Source: an uncultured Lachnospiraceae bacterium (lineage in GTDB: Bacteria > Bacillota > Clostridia > Lachnospirales > Lachnospiraceae). Taken from it: a DNA stretch of 36,091 nucleotides. The stretch spans positions 1-36,091 of the forward strand of contig CALZHV010000001.1 in NCBI GenBank assembly GCA_945787485.1. Reading direction: 5' to 3'. Shown here in pieces: positions 27,801 to 35,737 of this stretch. Under the pieces are notes generated by a model that saw only the letters and a program-made list of their open reading frames with translations, searched no databases and had not been told where the DNA came from. The stretch's first letter is position 1. Each line of letters opens with the position of its first letter. Position numbers and translations under genes: made by a program.

Positions 27801-27904
27801 AAGGAAACTACAAAGAACTTTCAAAAGAGGATTTAAACTTATTCTCTGTTGAGATTATTCCCGTAAAGCATATTTCACAAGTAATTGAAAGCGTGTTTCC
27901 CTAA
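24830..27904 (+). CDS. Lon-family (S16) protease with two tandem AAA+ modules
   Basis: AAA1 GPPGTGKT / LLDEYDK / IATAN / NRM / GVR; AAA2 GGYGIGKS / HLDEIDK / FIATAN / DRF / GVR; protease KDGPSAG...GGTKEK. Confidence 0.92.
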   Translation: MDTREKFISLIKNSPVEKLQPVFELVADELITSPVSEKPIKENVSSRIEKSGYILFEHYNDIDMVITKGENIQLDFRGRSVDVSVTNDTLIPKSYILAGERLFVIGKISGELCYAKVVANKEFYNMFSAFESLEAKTDAMQRFSNLASDVQVNIKNELAGRINPTVHNAKRGLTQVADLRFKFDMCRHTYTPQQQMDIEALFENQKRGSSTTRDRALRGLMYILNINQATVEDVNYTKTELKNKVSKYIYKQDKVVDNIVEAIIAAKHSASKGCSILLVGPPGTGKTAAPKAIAKALNIPFFKIPLGSCSSVVDIIGDSPLYDASDCGEVVKNFYKAGTTRVIMLLDEYDKAFESSKEGGKASKPFNDALSDEHCFKDAFLGTFINTENCIWIATANSTEGIAEHLLNRMTVINVDEYSIEEKIEIAQNYILPDILSNFNTKGFSVSISNELIKYIIDNFCIDDGVRDVKKHLQSIINNIISALDEQGPFKNVAITHEIIDNVLNQYVDENNPEIIFRKNKALYSPKVVEEIKATIAKLHREDIDGDIRIKSQKKLEYLVYAAPLGDAFANFDKTSFFNKLNETHFGQEKAKLEIAQAINISAVKGEPITNNRFLLVGGYGIGKSSIVKSIANGSNAKYCKVALNGVSNETTIKGHSESYIGADAGLIAKAIHSMKTSKGVIHLDEIDKIGNHNGVPVSNTLVDLLDDSGEFSDNFLGVPIDLSNILFIATANDINAVDPVIRDRFTIIYLDGYTKNEKSKIIEDYIIPKVVKEVCPDTLKMAFTSEAIELLKSSYCLSFGVRDAEKVVRKLVKEKLYILKNERSVKVGVKDIKRVLGNPPAPRGNFPEMIYPGLSKGLAVTGDNVGMAFAIETALIPNDNSVTITGLPKESTIDSVKLAITYIKCNYPGLLDNKGIHVHFAEGSVQKDGPSAGVAIMMSILSAGLKEIIKENVAYTGEINANGYIFNIGGTKEKIQGAQESGCSKVFIPEGNYKELSKEDLNLFSVEIIPVKHISQVIESVFP

Positions 27905-27934
27905 CTCAATAAAAGAGTCGCATAATTAAATAGT

Positions 27935-27965
27935 GCAGGCTTGCACAAAACCTGTACAAGCCTGC
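27935..27965 (+). terminator. Intergenic hairpin without a T-tract
   Basis: gcaggcttg...caagcctgc. Confidence 0.45.
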
Positions 27966-27994
27966 CTCAATCGAACATATAAGGAGTTTTTACC

Positions 27995-28978
27995 ATGAGA
28001 TACCCAAAATGGAACAATTACTGCGCAATAAAAAGAAAAGATAATGCTGTTGAAGTTACTAACAATCTTTTAGATGAGTCTTTTCTTCTTCCTACTGATA
28101 TGGTTCTTTGGGGAAAACAACTTGATGGAAAAACAAATCCTTTCAGTATAGATCCAACAATTAACAGGGTGACTATACGTAATTGGTTAAAAACTCTTGA
28201 TGCGTTTGATTGCATAAGAAGAAGCAGAGTTCTAATGAAAGCAAAAGGCACTTTTCTTTACAGTATATATATTCCAAAAAAAATCACGGTAAACATGTGC
28301 GTGTTTTTCTGGCTTTATAACAAGGCTTTGCAATTACTATTTTTACCAATGCTCATTTTAGGCATCTACTATTTTTCAACTCATCCTGCTTATAGCAGTG
28401 GCGGATTATACCTTGGCTTTATTTTTGGACTTGCACTTAGTATGTTATTACATGAAATCTCTCATGCCTGTGCTACACTTGCCTGTCCCAAAGGGAGATT
28501 CTTCGAAATCGGAATTGGAATATCAAACTTTATTATGCCTATAGCATACGCACTCATTGATGAAAAATGTATAAAAAGCAAATTTCAAAAGATTCAAATT
28601 AATCTTGCAGGAATTGAATCCAACTTACTGCTCTGTGGACTGTCTCTTCTGCTTGCCGGGTTATTTCCCGAAACATTTTCCGGGTTCTTTTTAGGGATTG
28701 CGATTCAAAACGGTTTTTTAGGATTGTTAAACCTTGTTTTCTGTAACGGTATAGATGGTGCTAATGTGATCAGCTTGCTTTTAGGCGATAATACAAACGA
28801 GTTTATCAACAAATCAAGAGGATTTGTTTTTAGCAAAAAGAAAAGGCAAAAAGAACTAAACAAAGGCATTACCGGATACGCCATTGTAACAGCCGCATTT
28901 GTTTTTCAATTTTTACAATTAACTTTGCCGGCGCTATACATATGGAATGTTTTAAGTATAATCGAGGTGTTTGAATGA
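27995..28978 (+). CDS. M50-family membrane metallopeptidase with a soluble, possibly RRE-like N-terminus
   Basis: LLHEISHA, NLAGIESN, NLVFCNGIDG; TM segments. Confidence 0.78.
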   Translation: MRYPKWNNYCAIKRKDNAVEVTNNLLDESFLLPTDMVLWGKQLDGKTNPFSIDPTINRVTIRNWLKTLDAFDCIRRSRVLMKAKGTFLYSIYIPKKITVNMCVFFWLYNKALQLLFLPMLILGIYYFSTHPAYSSGGLYLGFIFGLALSMLLHEISHACATLACPKGRFFEIGIGISNFIMPIAYALIDEKCIKSKFQKIQINLAGIESNLLLCGLSLLLAGLFPETFSGFFLGIAIQNGFLGLLNLVFCNGIDGANVISLLLGDNTNEFINKSRGFVFSKKKRQKELNKGITGYAIVTAAFVFQFLQLTLPALYIWNVLSIIEVFE

Positions 28979-29355
28979 AAAAGAAAAACAAGGCATATTC
29001 TTCATTATTCATAGCGACAATAACAATACCTACAATTTCATCTATATTTGCAGTGCGTTATTTGTCTTTAATTTCACTAATAATCATTATGGCAGGTGTA
29101 CTTCTTATGCTTAGATTACCAATATTCAAGCACCGTGAAAATCTTTGGATGTTTGTGATAGCAACCTTTGCAACAATACCGGTTAATATTATTCTTGTTA
29201 AACATATCAGCGAGTCTTTTTTCTTTGATTATGGCGGAATAGCAATTTATATTTCTAAAGGGTTTGTCATTTATGCCGTATTATTTGCTGTTGAACAAAT
29301 TGCACTTGGTATCATAACCCGTTTTTTTTACAGAAAACAATACAAGCTTTTTTAA
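28975..29355 (+). CDS. Small integral membrane protein
   Basis: 3-4 hydrophobic segments; ATGA overlap with the upstream gene. Confidence 0.7.
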   Translation: MKKKNKAYSSLFIATITIPTISSIFAVRYLSLISLIIIMAGVLLMLRLPIFKHRENLWMFVIATFATIPVNIILVKHISESFFFDYGGIAIYISKGFVIYAVLFAVEQIALGIITRFFYRKQYKLF

Positions 29356-29373
29356 TTGTCAGGAGGCAGAACC

Positions 29374-30249
29374 ATGTCACAAGATATCAAGATTCCAATC
29401 AAAGCTATTCTTGAAGTTTGTTGCGAACTTAACGAATCCGCTTTTGATGAATACGACTTCATTTTATTGAGAAAGTACTTCATAGCACTTCTTAATTTGA
29501 ATGTGCTCCAACCTAATAATCTCCCTGCCGTAGTCGAGCGTTTCACGAAACACATTCATAGTATTAATGTTGTTCAAAATCCTCCGTGTAAAGACTTAAT
29601 CACAACTGGATATGATATTGAATTATGGGAAATAAAAAACTATGTCATTATTGAGAGTTGTATATATATTAACGAAACCCTGCTTGTAAATGATGAGAAT
29701 TATGTAATTACTCTGTACAAAGCAGTTTCGGATATTGTGTTGCAAATACCACATTATGATATGTTGTTTTCTAACATACTGTCTAATATTCTCGGTGAAC
29801 ATGTTTATCACATGGATAATCGTTCAAGCAAAGTCTTACTTCCAAAAACACATATCGAGATAATAAACGGAAAGCAAATAGAAACAAGAACAAGTTATAC
29901 CGGATTTGAATTACCAACTCTTTTATTTGAGCAACTCTTATGTGTTTACGAGATCGATATATTCGACATTTTAAAAACAACAATTGAAAAAGATGTTGCA
30001 ACGGCATGTCGCAAATTGTTTAGAGAACACGATGGTATGATCTTTACAAGGCGTATAATCAATGTATTTGATCACTATTGTGAAAGATTAATATATGGTC
30101 GTCTGTGTAAGACTGAATGGAATGACATACAAATATTACAAATTGATATGGCAAAGAAATTTAAACATAATTCCGCTTGGTTAAAAAGGTTTTGCTTTTT
30201 ATCAACCATTGAAGAACTCAGGAAAATATCAGAAGAATCGTTTGAGTAG
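29374..30249 (+). CDS. Hypothetical protein
   Basis: AGGAGG RBS at 29361 and ATG 29374; no motif recognised. Confidence 0.65.
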   Translation: MSQDIKIPIKAILEVCCELNESAFDEYDFILLRKYFIALLNLNVLQPNNLPAVVERFTKHIHSINVVQNPPCKDLITTGYDIELWEIKNYVIIESCIYINETLLVNDENYVITLYKAVSDIVLQIPHYDMLFSNILSNILGEHVYHMDNRSSKVLLPKTHIEIINGKQIETRTSYTGFELPTLLFEQLLCVYEIDIFDILKTTIEKDVATACRKLFREHDGMIFTRRIINVFDHYCERLIYGRLCKTEWNDIQILQIDMAKKFKHNSAWLKRFCFLSTIEELRKISEESFE

Positions 30250-30362
30250 TCCACATTTTTTAGATTTTATTCTCATAAACGCACATCGTTTTCACATTAT
30301 AGTGTATATAAAAAATCTTATTCATGTTAGAATATTATTGCTAATCAAGGTGGTGAGAGATA

Positions 30363-31988
30363 ATGACAACTGAAACAATAACTATTAACAAGGGATTTAA
30401 GAGTATTCAGAAAATAGACAGGCTTGATTTGTACTCTGCCTATGATATAGTATTAGGAACATCAAAACAGTTTAGATATTCCAAAGTAATGGCTGATATA
30501 AAGGACAACGCTGCTTATTTCAAAAAGGATTTATTGGTATGTCCTGCTTGTGGATTTCAATTTGGTGCATACAAGCATACCATTGGAGGATATAATCCCC
30601 AAAAGGTAATCAATCGTTCAAAAGCGTATGAGTGGTGTAATATTATTTCTTTTTTTGATGAACCGCACAAGGCTTTGAATTTATATAGACCATTTATTCC
30701 CACTAACGATATTATATGTCCCAATTGCTCTCACTCTGCACCCATTTCGCCAAAAAAAGAATGTTATACATTTCAATACAGCAGACACAAACTCACCATA
30801 AGTACAGAATTAACATGTATTAAAGATGTTCTAAAACTCCGGTGGGCTGGTGGATTTACGACTACGGATTTTCCATTAACAGAATCTTTAACATTCAATT
30901 TCAAAAAAGGTCATATTTTTTTAACACTAAAAACGAAGAATAGAACAATATGTATAAAAGATATATCCAATTTTTACTTAAATACTTCCAGTAAACTTGT
31001 TTCTGAAATTGACAACAATGCATTTATTAAAGGTACATTAAAAAGATATTTTCTCAAAGAATGGAAAAAGTCATTGCCATATAAAAAAGCTGAGTTGAAC
31101 TTCAAAAGATTTTGCGAAATGACCATATTCATGGGATATACAAAAGAGTTCTATTCGTACATACCCTATGAATACAGCAGTAATAAAGAAGCCGTATATT
31201 GTGATTTATTCGGAAAAATTCGTAAAAATCTTCAAAGGTATGAATTGACTCCGAAATTCTTCAATACTTCTTCGCTGCCAAAAACCAAAGCAATAAAAAG
31301 AATTATGTTTGGTAGTCCCTATCTGTTCTTTTACATTGAAGAGATAGAAAAACTTTACAGAATTCTGGGCGATGTAAATTATTTGATTACATTTTTAAAA
31401 AATAGCAAAGCGTTTGTTCTGCTGTCATTTATGCATAAATATGATAATGTTTTCGTGTTTTATGAGGATTACTCAAAAATCAAGAGCAGAAATTCTTTGT
31501 TAAAAAACATACTTTGTAACAGTATTGATTTTAATAAATACAGTATGATATATTTGTCTTATGGAGAAAAGCATAGAAGGATGGCACAAAAATACTGGAA
31601 AGACGATTTTGATGGCCATATAAATGCTGAATTACAAAATTTTCCCGGTGCTGTCAGACTTGAAGAATTTTTATATCCTGATAATGTGCCTGTTTTTAGT
31701 AAAATGAGTATGGACGGATACACGTTTTGTCTTTTAAAAACAAGAAATGACTATGTTTATTATGGAAAAAAATTAAGTAATTGCTTAGGAGAGATGCAAA
31801 TTTTTAACCCCGTAATCTGTATGAACAAAAACGGTCATGCCGTTGCTGCTATAGAAGTTAATACACGTAATATGTTTGTTGAACAGGCTCTTCTTAAAGA
31901 CAATGATCCAATTGAAGAAAATAAACTCGTTTATGCCACATTTAAAAAGTGGTGCAAGGCAAACTGTTTGCAATATGAGGAATCATAG
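30363..31988 (+). CDS. Hypothetical protein with CxxC pairs and a possible C-terminal PcfJ-like domain
   Basis: CPAC and CPNC; C-terminal DYVYYGKKLSNCL...AAIEV...QALLKDN resembles the PcfJ-like motif. Confidence 0.5.
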   Translation: MTTETITINKGFKSIQKIDRLDLYSAYDIVLGTSKQFRYSKVMADIKDNAAYFKKDLLVCPACGFQFGAYKHTIGGYNPQKVINRSKAYEWCNIISFFDEPHKALNLYRPFIPTNDIICPNCSHSAPISPKKECYTFQYSRHKLTISTELTCIKDVLKLRWAGGFTTTDFPLTESLTFNFKKGHIFLTLKTKNRTICIKDISNFYLNTSSKLVSEIDNNAFIKGTLKRYFLKEWKKSLPYKKAELNFKRFCEMTIFMGYTKEFYSYIPYEYSSNKEAVYCDLFGKIRKNLQRYELTPKFFNTSSLPKTKAIKRIMFGSPYLFFYIEEIEKLYRILGDVNYLITFLKNSKAFVLLSFMHKYDNVFVFYEDYSKIKSRNSLLKNILCNSIDFNKYSMIYLSYGEKHRRMAQKYWKDDFDGHINAELQNFPGAVRLEEFLYPDNVPVFSKMSMDGYTFCLLKTRNDYVYYGKKLSNCLGEMQIFNPVICMNKNGHAVAAIEVNTRNMFVEQALLKDNDPIEENKLVYATFKKWCKANCLQYEES

Positions 31989-32014
31989 AATTTTTTATTG
32001 AAAGAGGTTTAATT

Positions 32015-33232
32015 ATGAACAAAATTTTAGTAGTAAATTGCGGTAGTTCATCAGTAAAAAGTTGCGTTTATGAAATGCCGTCTGAAAAGATACTTTGCAG
32101 TTGTATTATTGAGAAGGTTGACACGGCTGAAGTCGGCATTTACACATACAAACTTCCTGATAAAAAAGGCAAACTGAAAAAAGTTATTACAGACGCAGAA
32201 ATTCATAAAAAGACAAGTCACTTAGATGCAATTAACAAAACTGTCGAATTGATTACAAGCAAGGAATATGGGGTAATTTCCGATTTAACTGAAATTGTCG
32301 GCATCGGTCATCGTGTTGTTCAAGGTGGCGAATATTTTAAAGAAAGTGTAATTATTAATGATAATGTAATTGATAAAATCCGCTCGCTTATACCGCTTGC
32401 ACCGCTTCATAATCCTGCACATATAACAGGTATTGAACTTTGTAAGAGCATTTTCAGCAATACTCCTCAGGTTGCCGTTTTTGACAATGCGTTTCACTAT
32501 ACAATGCCTGCGACATCATATATGTATGCTTTACCCTATGAGTATTATGAAAAGGACCACATACGTAAATACGGTGCCCACGGCACATCTCATAAATATG
32601 TAGCACAGAAAACCGCAGAAGTTATGAATAAATCATTAGCGGATATCAAACTCATAACTTGTCATTTGGGCAATGGTTGTTCTGTTACAGCAATAAAAGA
32701 CGGTAAAGTTCTCGATACGAGTATGGGACTTACTCCACTCGACGGCTTTATGATGGGTACACGCTCAGGTGCGGTTGACCCATCAGCGATTACATATCTT
32801 ATGAAAACTAAAAATATTTCAGTTGCTAAAATGAACAGAATTCTAAATAATAAAAGCGGTGTTTTAGGAATTTCAGGTGTAAGTTCCGATGACAGGGTTG
32901 TAGCCGAGGCTGCAGAAGACGGAAATTTACGGGCGCAACTTGCTCGCGATATGCAATGGTATCAAATCCGCAAGACGATTGGTTCATATATTGCAGCAAT
33001 GAACGGTGTAGATGCAATCACTTTCACAGGCGGTATCGGTGAAAATTGCCCTGAACTTCGTGAAAATGTAGTTGAAAATCTTTCTTACCTTGGAATGAAA
33101 ATCAATAAGGAAGCTAACAGTTTAAGAGGCATAGATAGAGAAATCACTACCGCTGACAGTAAGGTAAAAACTTATGTTATTGCAACCAACGAAGAACTGA
33201 TGATTGCAAAAGATGTCTTCAATTTAATTTAA
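32015..33232 (+). CDS. ackA: Acetate kinase
   Basis: ILVVNCGSSSVK, GHRVVQGG, LAPLHNP, YGAHGTSH, HLGNGCS, DTSMGLTP, MGTRSG, FTGGIGEN, TNEELMIA. Confidence 0.96.
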   Translation: MNKILVVNCGSSSVKSCVYEMPSEKILCSCIIEKVDTAEVGIYTYKLPDKKGKLKKVITDAEIHKKTSHLDAINKTVELITSKEYGVISDLTEIVGIGHRVVQGGEYFKESVIINDNVIDKIRSLIPLAPLHNPAHITGIELCKSIFSNTPQVAVFDNAFHYTMPATSYMYALPYEYYEKDHIRKYGAHGTSHKYVAQKTAEVMNKSLADIKLITCHLGNGCSVTAIKDGKVLDTSMGLTPLDGFMMGTRSGAVDPSAITYLMKTKNISVAKMNRILNNKSGVLGISGVSSDDRVVAEAAEDGNLRAQLARDMQWYQIRKTIGSYIAAMNGVDAITFTGGIGENCPELRENVVENLSYLGMKINKEANSLRGIDREITTADSKVKTYVIATNEELMIAKDVFNLI

Positions 33233-33263
33233 AATATAAAAATGCATAACGGAGGAAAAAATT

Positions 33264-33518
33264 ATGGAAGAAAACAAATTTATTATTACAAACGATGACG
33301 GAACGGAAACAGAGTGCGATATACTTTTTACTTATGAAGATCCCGCTACTTCAAAAAACTATATTGTTTACAGTGACAAAACCGAAGATGAAGAGGGTAA
33401 CACAAACGTTTTTGCTTCGATTTTTGATCCAGAACAGGAAGATCCTATCTTGTATCCGATTGAAACCGACGAAGAATGGGCGAAAATTGAAAGTATTCTT
33501 GACGAACTTCAACAATAG
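33264..33518 (+). CDS. DUF1292-family protein
   Basis: NDDGTETECDILFT...KNYIVY...PIETDEEWAKIE. Confidence 0.85.
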   Translation: MEENKFIITNDDGTETECDILFTYEDPATSKNYIVYSDKTEDEEGNTNVFASIFDPEQEDPILYPIETDEEWAKIESILDELQQ

Positions 33519-33541
33519 AAAAAATCCGGAAAGGAACTACA

Positions 33542-34037
33542 ACGATTGAATTACAGCAATATCGCGCTCCTTGGATTTCTGAAAAAGTTTACGATTTTTT
33601 AGGCTTTTATCCTCGTGTATTTTATTGTCTTGATAACTGCAGTTCATTCAAAGTGAGCTATCAAAGAACACTATACAGTTCTACGGAAGAAGCATACCAG
33701 GCACAAAAATTTATAAACACAGCCCCGGAAATATATGAGCTTATAAAGAGTTCGCCCTCAGCACATAATGCTCAAAGAATTGCACGAGATAATCAGCACC
33801 TACAACGTGATGATTGGGATGAAGTAAAACTTAATATAATGGAAGAAATCTTAATTACAAAAAGTGAATCAGCATCCCTATGTTGCAAAAAAGCTTTTAC
33901 AAACGAAAGACTATCTTATTGTTGAAGATAGCCCTTACGATTCCTATTGGGGATGCGGAAGCGAACGCAATGGTAAAAATCAATTAGGTCGTTTTTGGAT
34001 GAAAATTCGTGATCGGCTAAAAGCAGAACACAATTAA
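33542..34037 (+). pseudogene. NADAR (YbiA-like) family gene, frameshifted, with apparent ACG start
   Basis: GFYPRVFYCLDN...STEEAYQAQKF...RDDWDEVK; after a +1 slip in the A-run 33859-33863 it continues QHP...LIVEDSPYDSYWG...GKNQLGRFWMKIR. RBS-spaced codon at 33542 is ACG. Confidence 0.85.
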
Positions 34038-34061
34038 GCAACAGAAAGTTGAGGAATAAGT

Positions 34062-34736
34062 ATGATATATATAACCGGAGATGTTCATGGTGATATAAAC
34101 AGATTCAGCGAAGCATTTATTCCAAATGAATCTTCGATGACAAAAGATGATTATTTGATTATTTGCGGTGATTTTGGCTTCATTTTTGCAAACGACGATG
34201 AAGAAAAAGAGTGTCTTGATACACTCGCAACGAAACCATATAATATTTTATGGCTGGACGGCAACCACGAAGCTTTTGATGTTATAAACGAATATCCTGT
34301 TGAAATGTGGAATGGCGGTAAAATTCATCGCATAAGGGAAAATATTATTCATCTTATGAGAGGTCAAGTATTTACAATAGAAAATAAAAAGTTTTTCACT
34401 ATGGGCGGAGCATATAGCATTGATAGATATATGCGTAAAAAAGGCGTTTCGTGGTGGCCGCAAGAACTCCCCAGTGATGAAGAATATAAAGAAGCGACAG
34501 AAAACCTGTTAAAAAATGATGATATTGATTATATATTAACACATACTGCACCACGAGAAATCGTCCGCAGAATGGGATATTATCCTGACGCACACGATAT
34601 GGAACTGACAGGATTTCTTGAATGGGTTATGTATGAATGTGATTTCAAGCACTGGTACTTTGGCCATTGGCATGAAGATAAAGATGTAGGCGATGATTTT
34701 ACTGCACTTTATTATGATGTGGCTAAAATCGCCTAA
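34062..34736 (+). CDS. Calcineurin-like metallophosphoesterase
   Basis: GDVHG, CGDFG, DGNHE, LTHT, FGHWH. Confidence 0.92.
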   Translation: MIYITGDVHGDINRFSEAFIPNESSMTKDDYLIICGDFGFIFANDDEEKECLDTLATKPYNILWLDGNHEAFDVINEYPVEMWNGGKIHRIRENIIHLMRGQVFTIENKKFFTMGGAYSIDRYMRKKGVSWWPQELPSDEEYKEATENLLKNDDIDYILTHTAPREIVRRMGYYPDAHDMELTGFLEWVMYECDFKHWYFGHWHEDKDVGDDFTALYYDVAKIA

Positions 34737-34757
34737 CAATAATACGATATTGAACGA

Positions 34758-34789
34758 AAAGGTACGAGAGTTTTAACCTCTGTGCCTTT
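34758..34789. terminator. Probable bidirectional terminator
   Basis: aaaggtac...gtgccttt hairpin between convergent genes. Confidence 0.5.
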
Positions 34790-34793
34790 GAAT

Positions 34794-35159
34794 TTAAACA
34801 TAAATTATCTCTTTAGTTACTACTTCACTCGATCGTTGTTGAATTATGTTAATTCTTTGTATCCACTCTAGTTGGTTTTGTGCTTTGAGTTGTTCGGTAA
34901 TGCCTTCTTTTTTCTTCATCTGTTCAACAAGCAAATCAAACATTTCATTTGCTTGTGCATCGACATCTGCAAGGTATCTCCAAAATCTGCCTTCTGCTGT
35001 CATAATGGCAACTGTAATCGGTTTGTGTTTCAAAAGATAATCCTTGTGCATCATGCCCCATTTACCTAGCCTCATATTCGTTTCTTCAGGCGGTAACATG
35101 AGATTTGGAATGAGATAATCTCCTACACGATGATATCTGATAGAATTCTTGTTTGACAT
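34794..35159 (-). CDS. tnpV: TnpV-family transposon-encoded protein
   Basis: YHRVGDYLIPNL, LGKWGMMHKDYL, EGITEQLKAQNQLEW. Confidence 0.88.
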   Translation of the reverse strand: MSNKNSIRYHRVGDYLIPNLMLPPEETNMRLGKWGMMHKDYLLKHKPITVAIMTAEGRFWRYLADVDAQANEMFDLLVEQMKKKEGITEQLKAQNQLEWIQRINIIQQRSSEVVTKEIIYV

Positions 35160-35160
35160 A

Positions 35161-35215
35161 GACTAACCTCCTGTTATTTAGTAGTTTTATTCTACCTTAT
35201 AACAGGAGGTTAGTC
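35161..35215. promoter_or_regulatory. 17-bp perfect inverted repeat covering the tnpV RBS
   Basis: gactaacctcctgttat (35161-35177) / ataacaggaggttagtc (35199-35215). Confidence 0.75.
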
Positions 35216-35237
35216 GAATGTGTGAATAAATGGATGA

Positions 35238-35714
35238 TTATTTGTTGTTTCGCAAAGCATCTTTTATATCACAACATATTTTATCAAATATGTCTTGAGG
35301 TAATTCACTAAAATTATGTAACTTACCGGCATAGCCACCATTGTAATTATAGCCGGCACTTTTAATAAATGCACTTTTTTGTCTTGTTTCATCCCAATCA
35401 ACAGCTAATGAATGCATATTGCTAATAAGTTCAAAAAGTAGATCAATTTCTGTAATTTTCCAATGTTTTATGTAAGCAACTGTTTCAATTACAGCTATAT
35501 TTATATCATTGTCTTGAAAACATCCCTGTACATCACAAGTTTCTTCTATAACTCGCTTAGGAGCATTTAATCCAATATCAGAAAACTTTTTGCAAAGTTC
35601 ATAAAATTCTGTATCTTCAATATTAGCTGTTGTTCCGAAAATAGCATCAATATTTTTCTGATACTGTTTTATTGAACTGTAAAAATTTTCATTAGAAGAG
35701 CTAATTTTACTCAT
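35238..35714 (-). CDS. Hypothetical protein
   Basis: 158-aa ORF with AGGAGG RBS; no motif recognised. Confidence 0.65.
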   Translation of the reverse strand: MSKISSSNENFYSSIKQYQKNIDAIFGTTANIEDTEFYELCKKFSDIGLNAPKRVIEETCDVQGCFQDNDINIAVIETVAYIKHWKITEIDLLFELISNMHSLAVDWDETRQKSAFIKSAGYNYNGGYAGKLHNFSELPQDIFDKICCDIKDALRNNK

Positions 35715-35737
35715 ATTATCCTCCTATAAATGTTATT

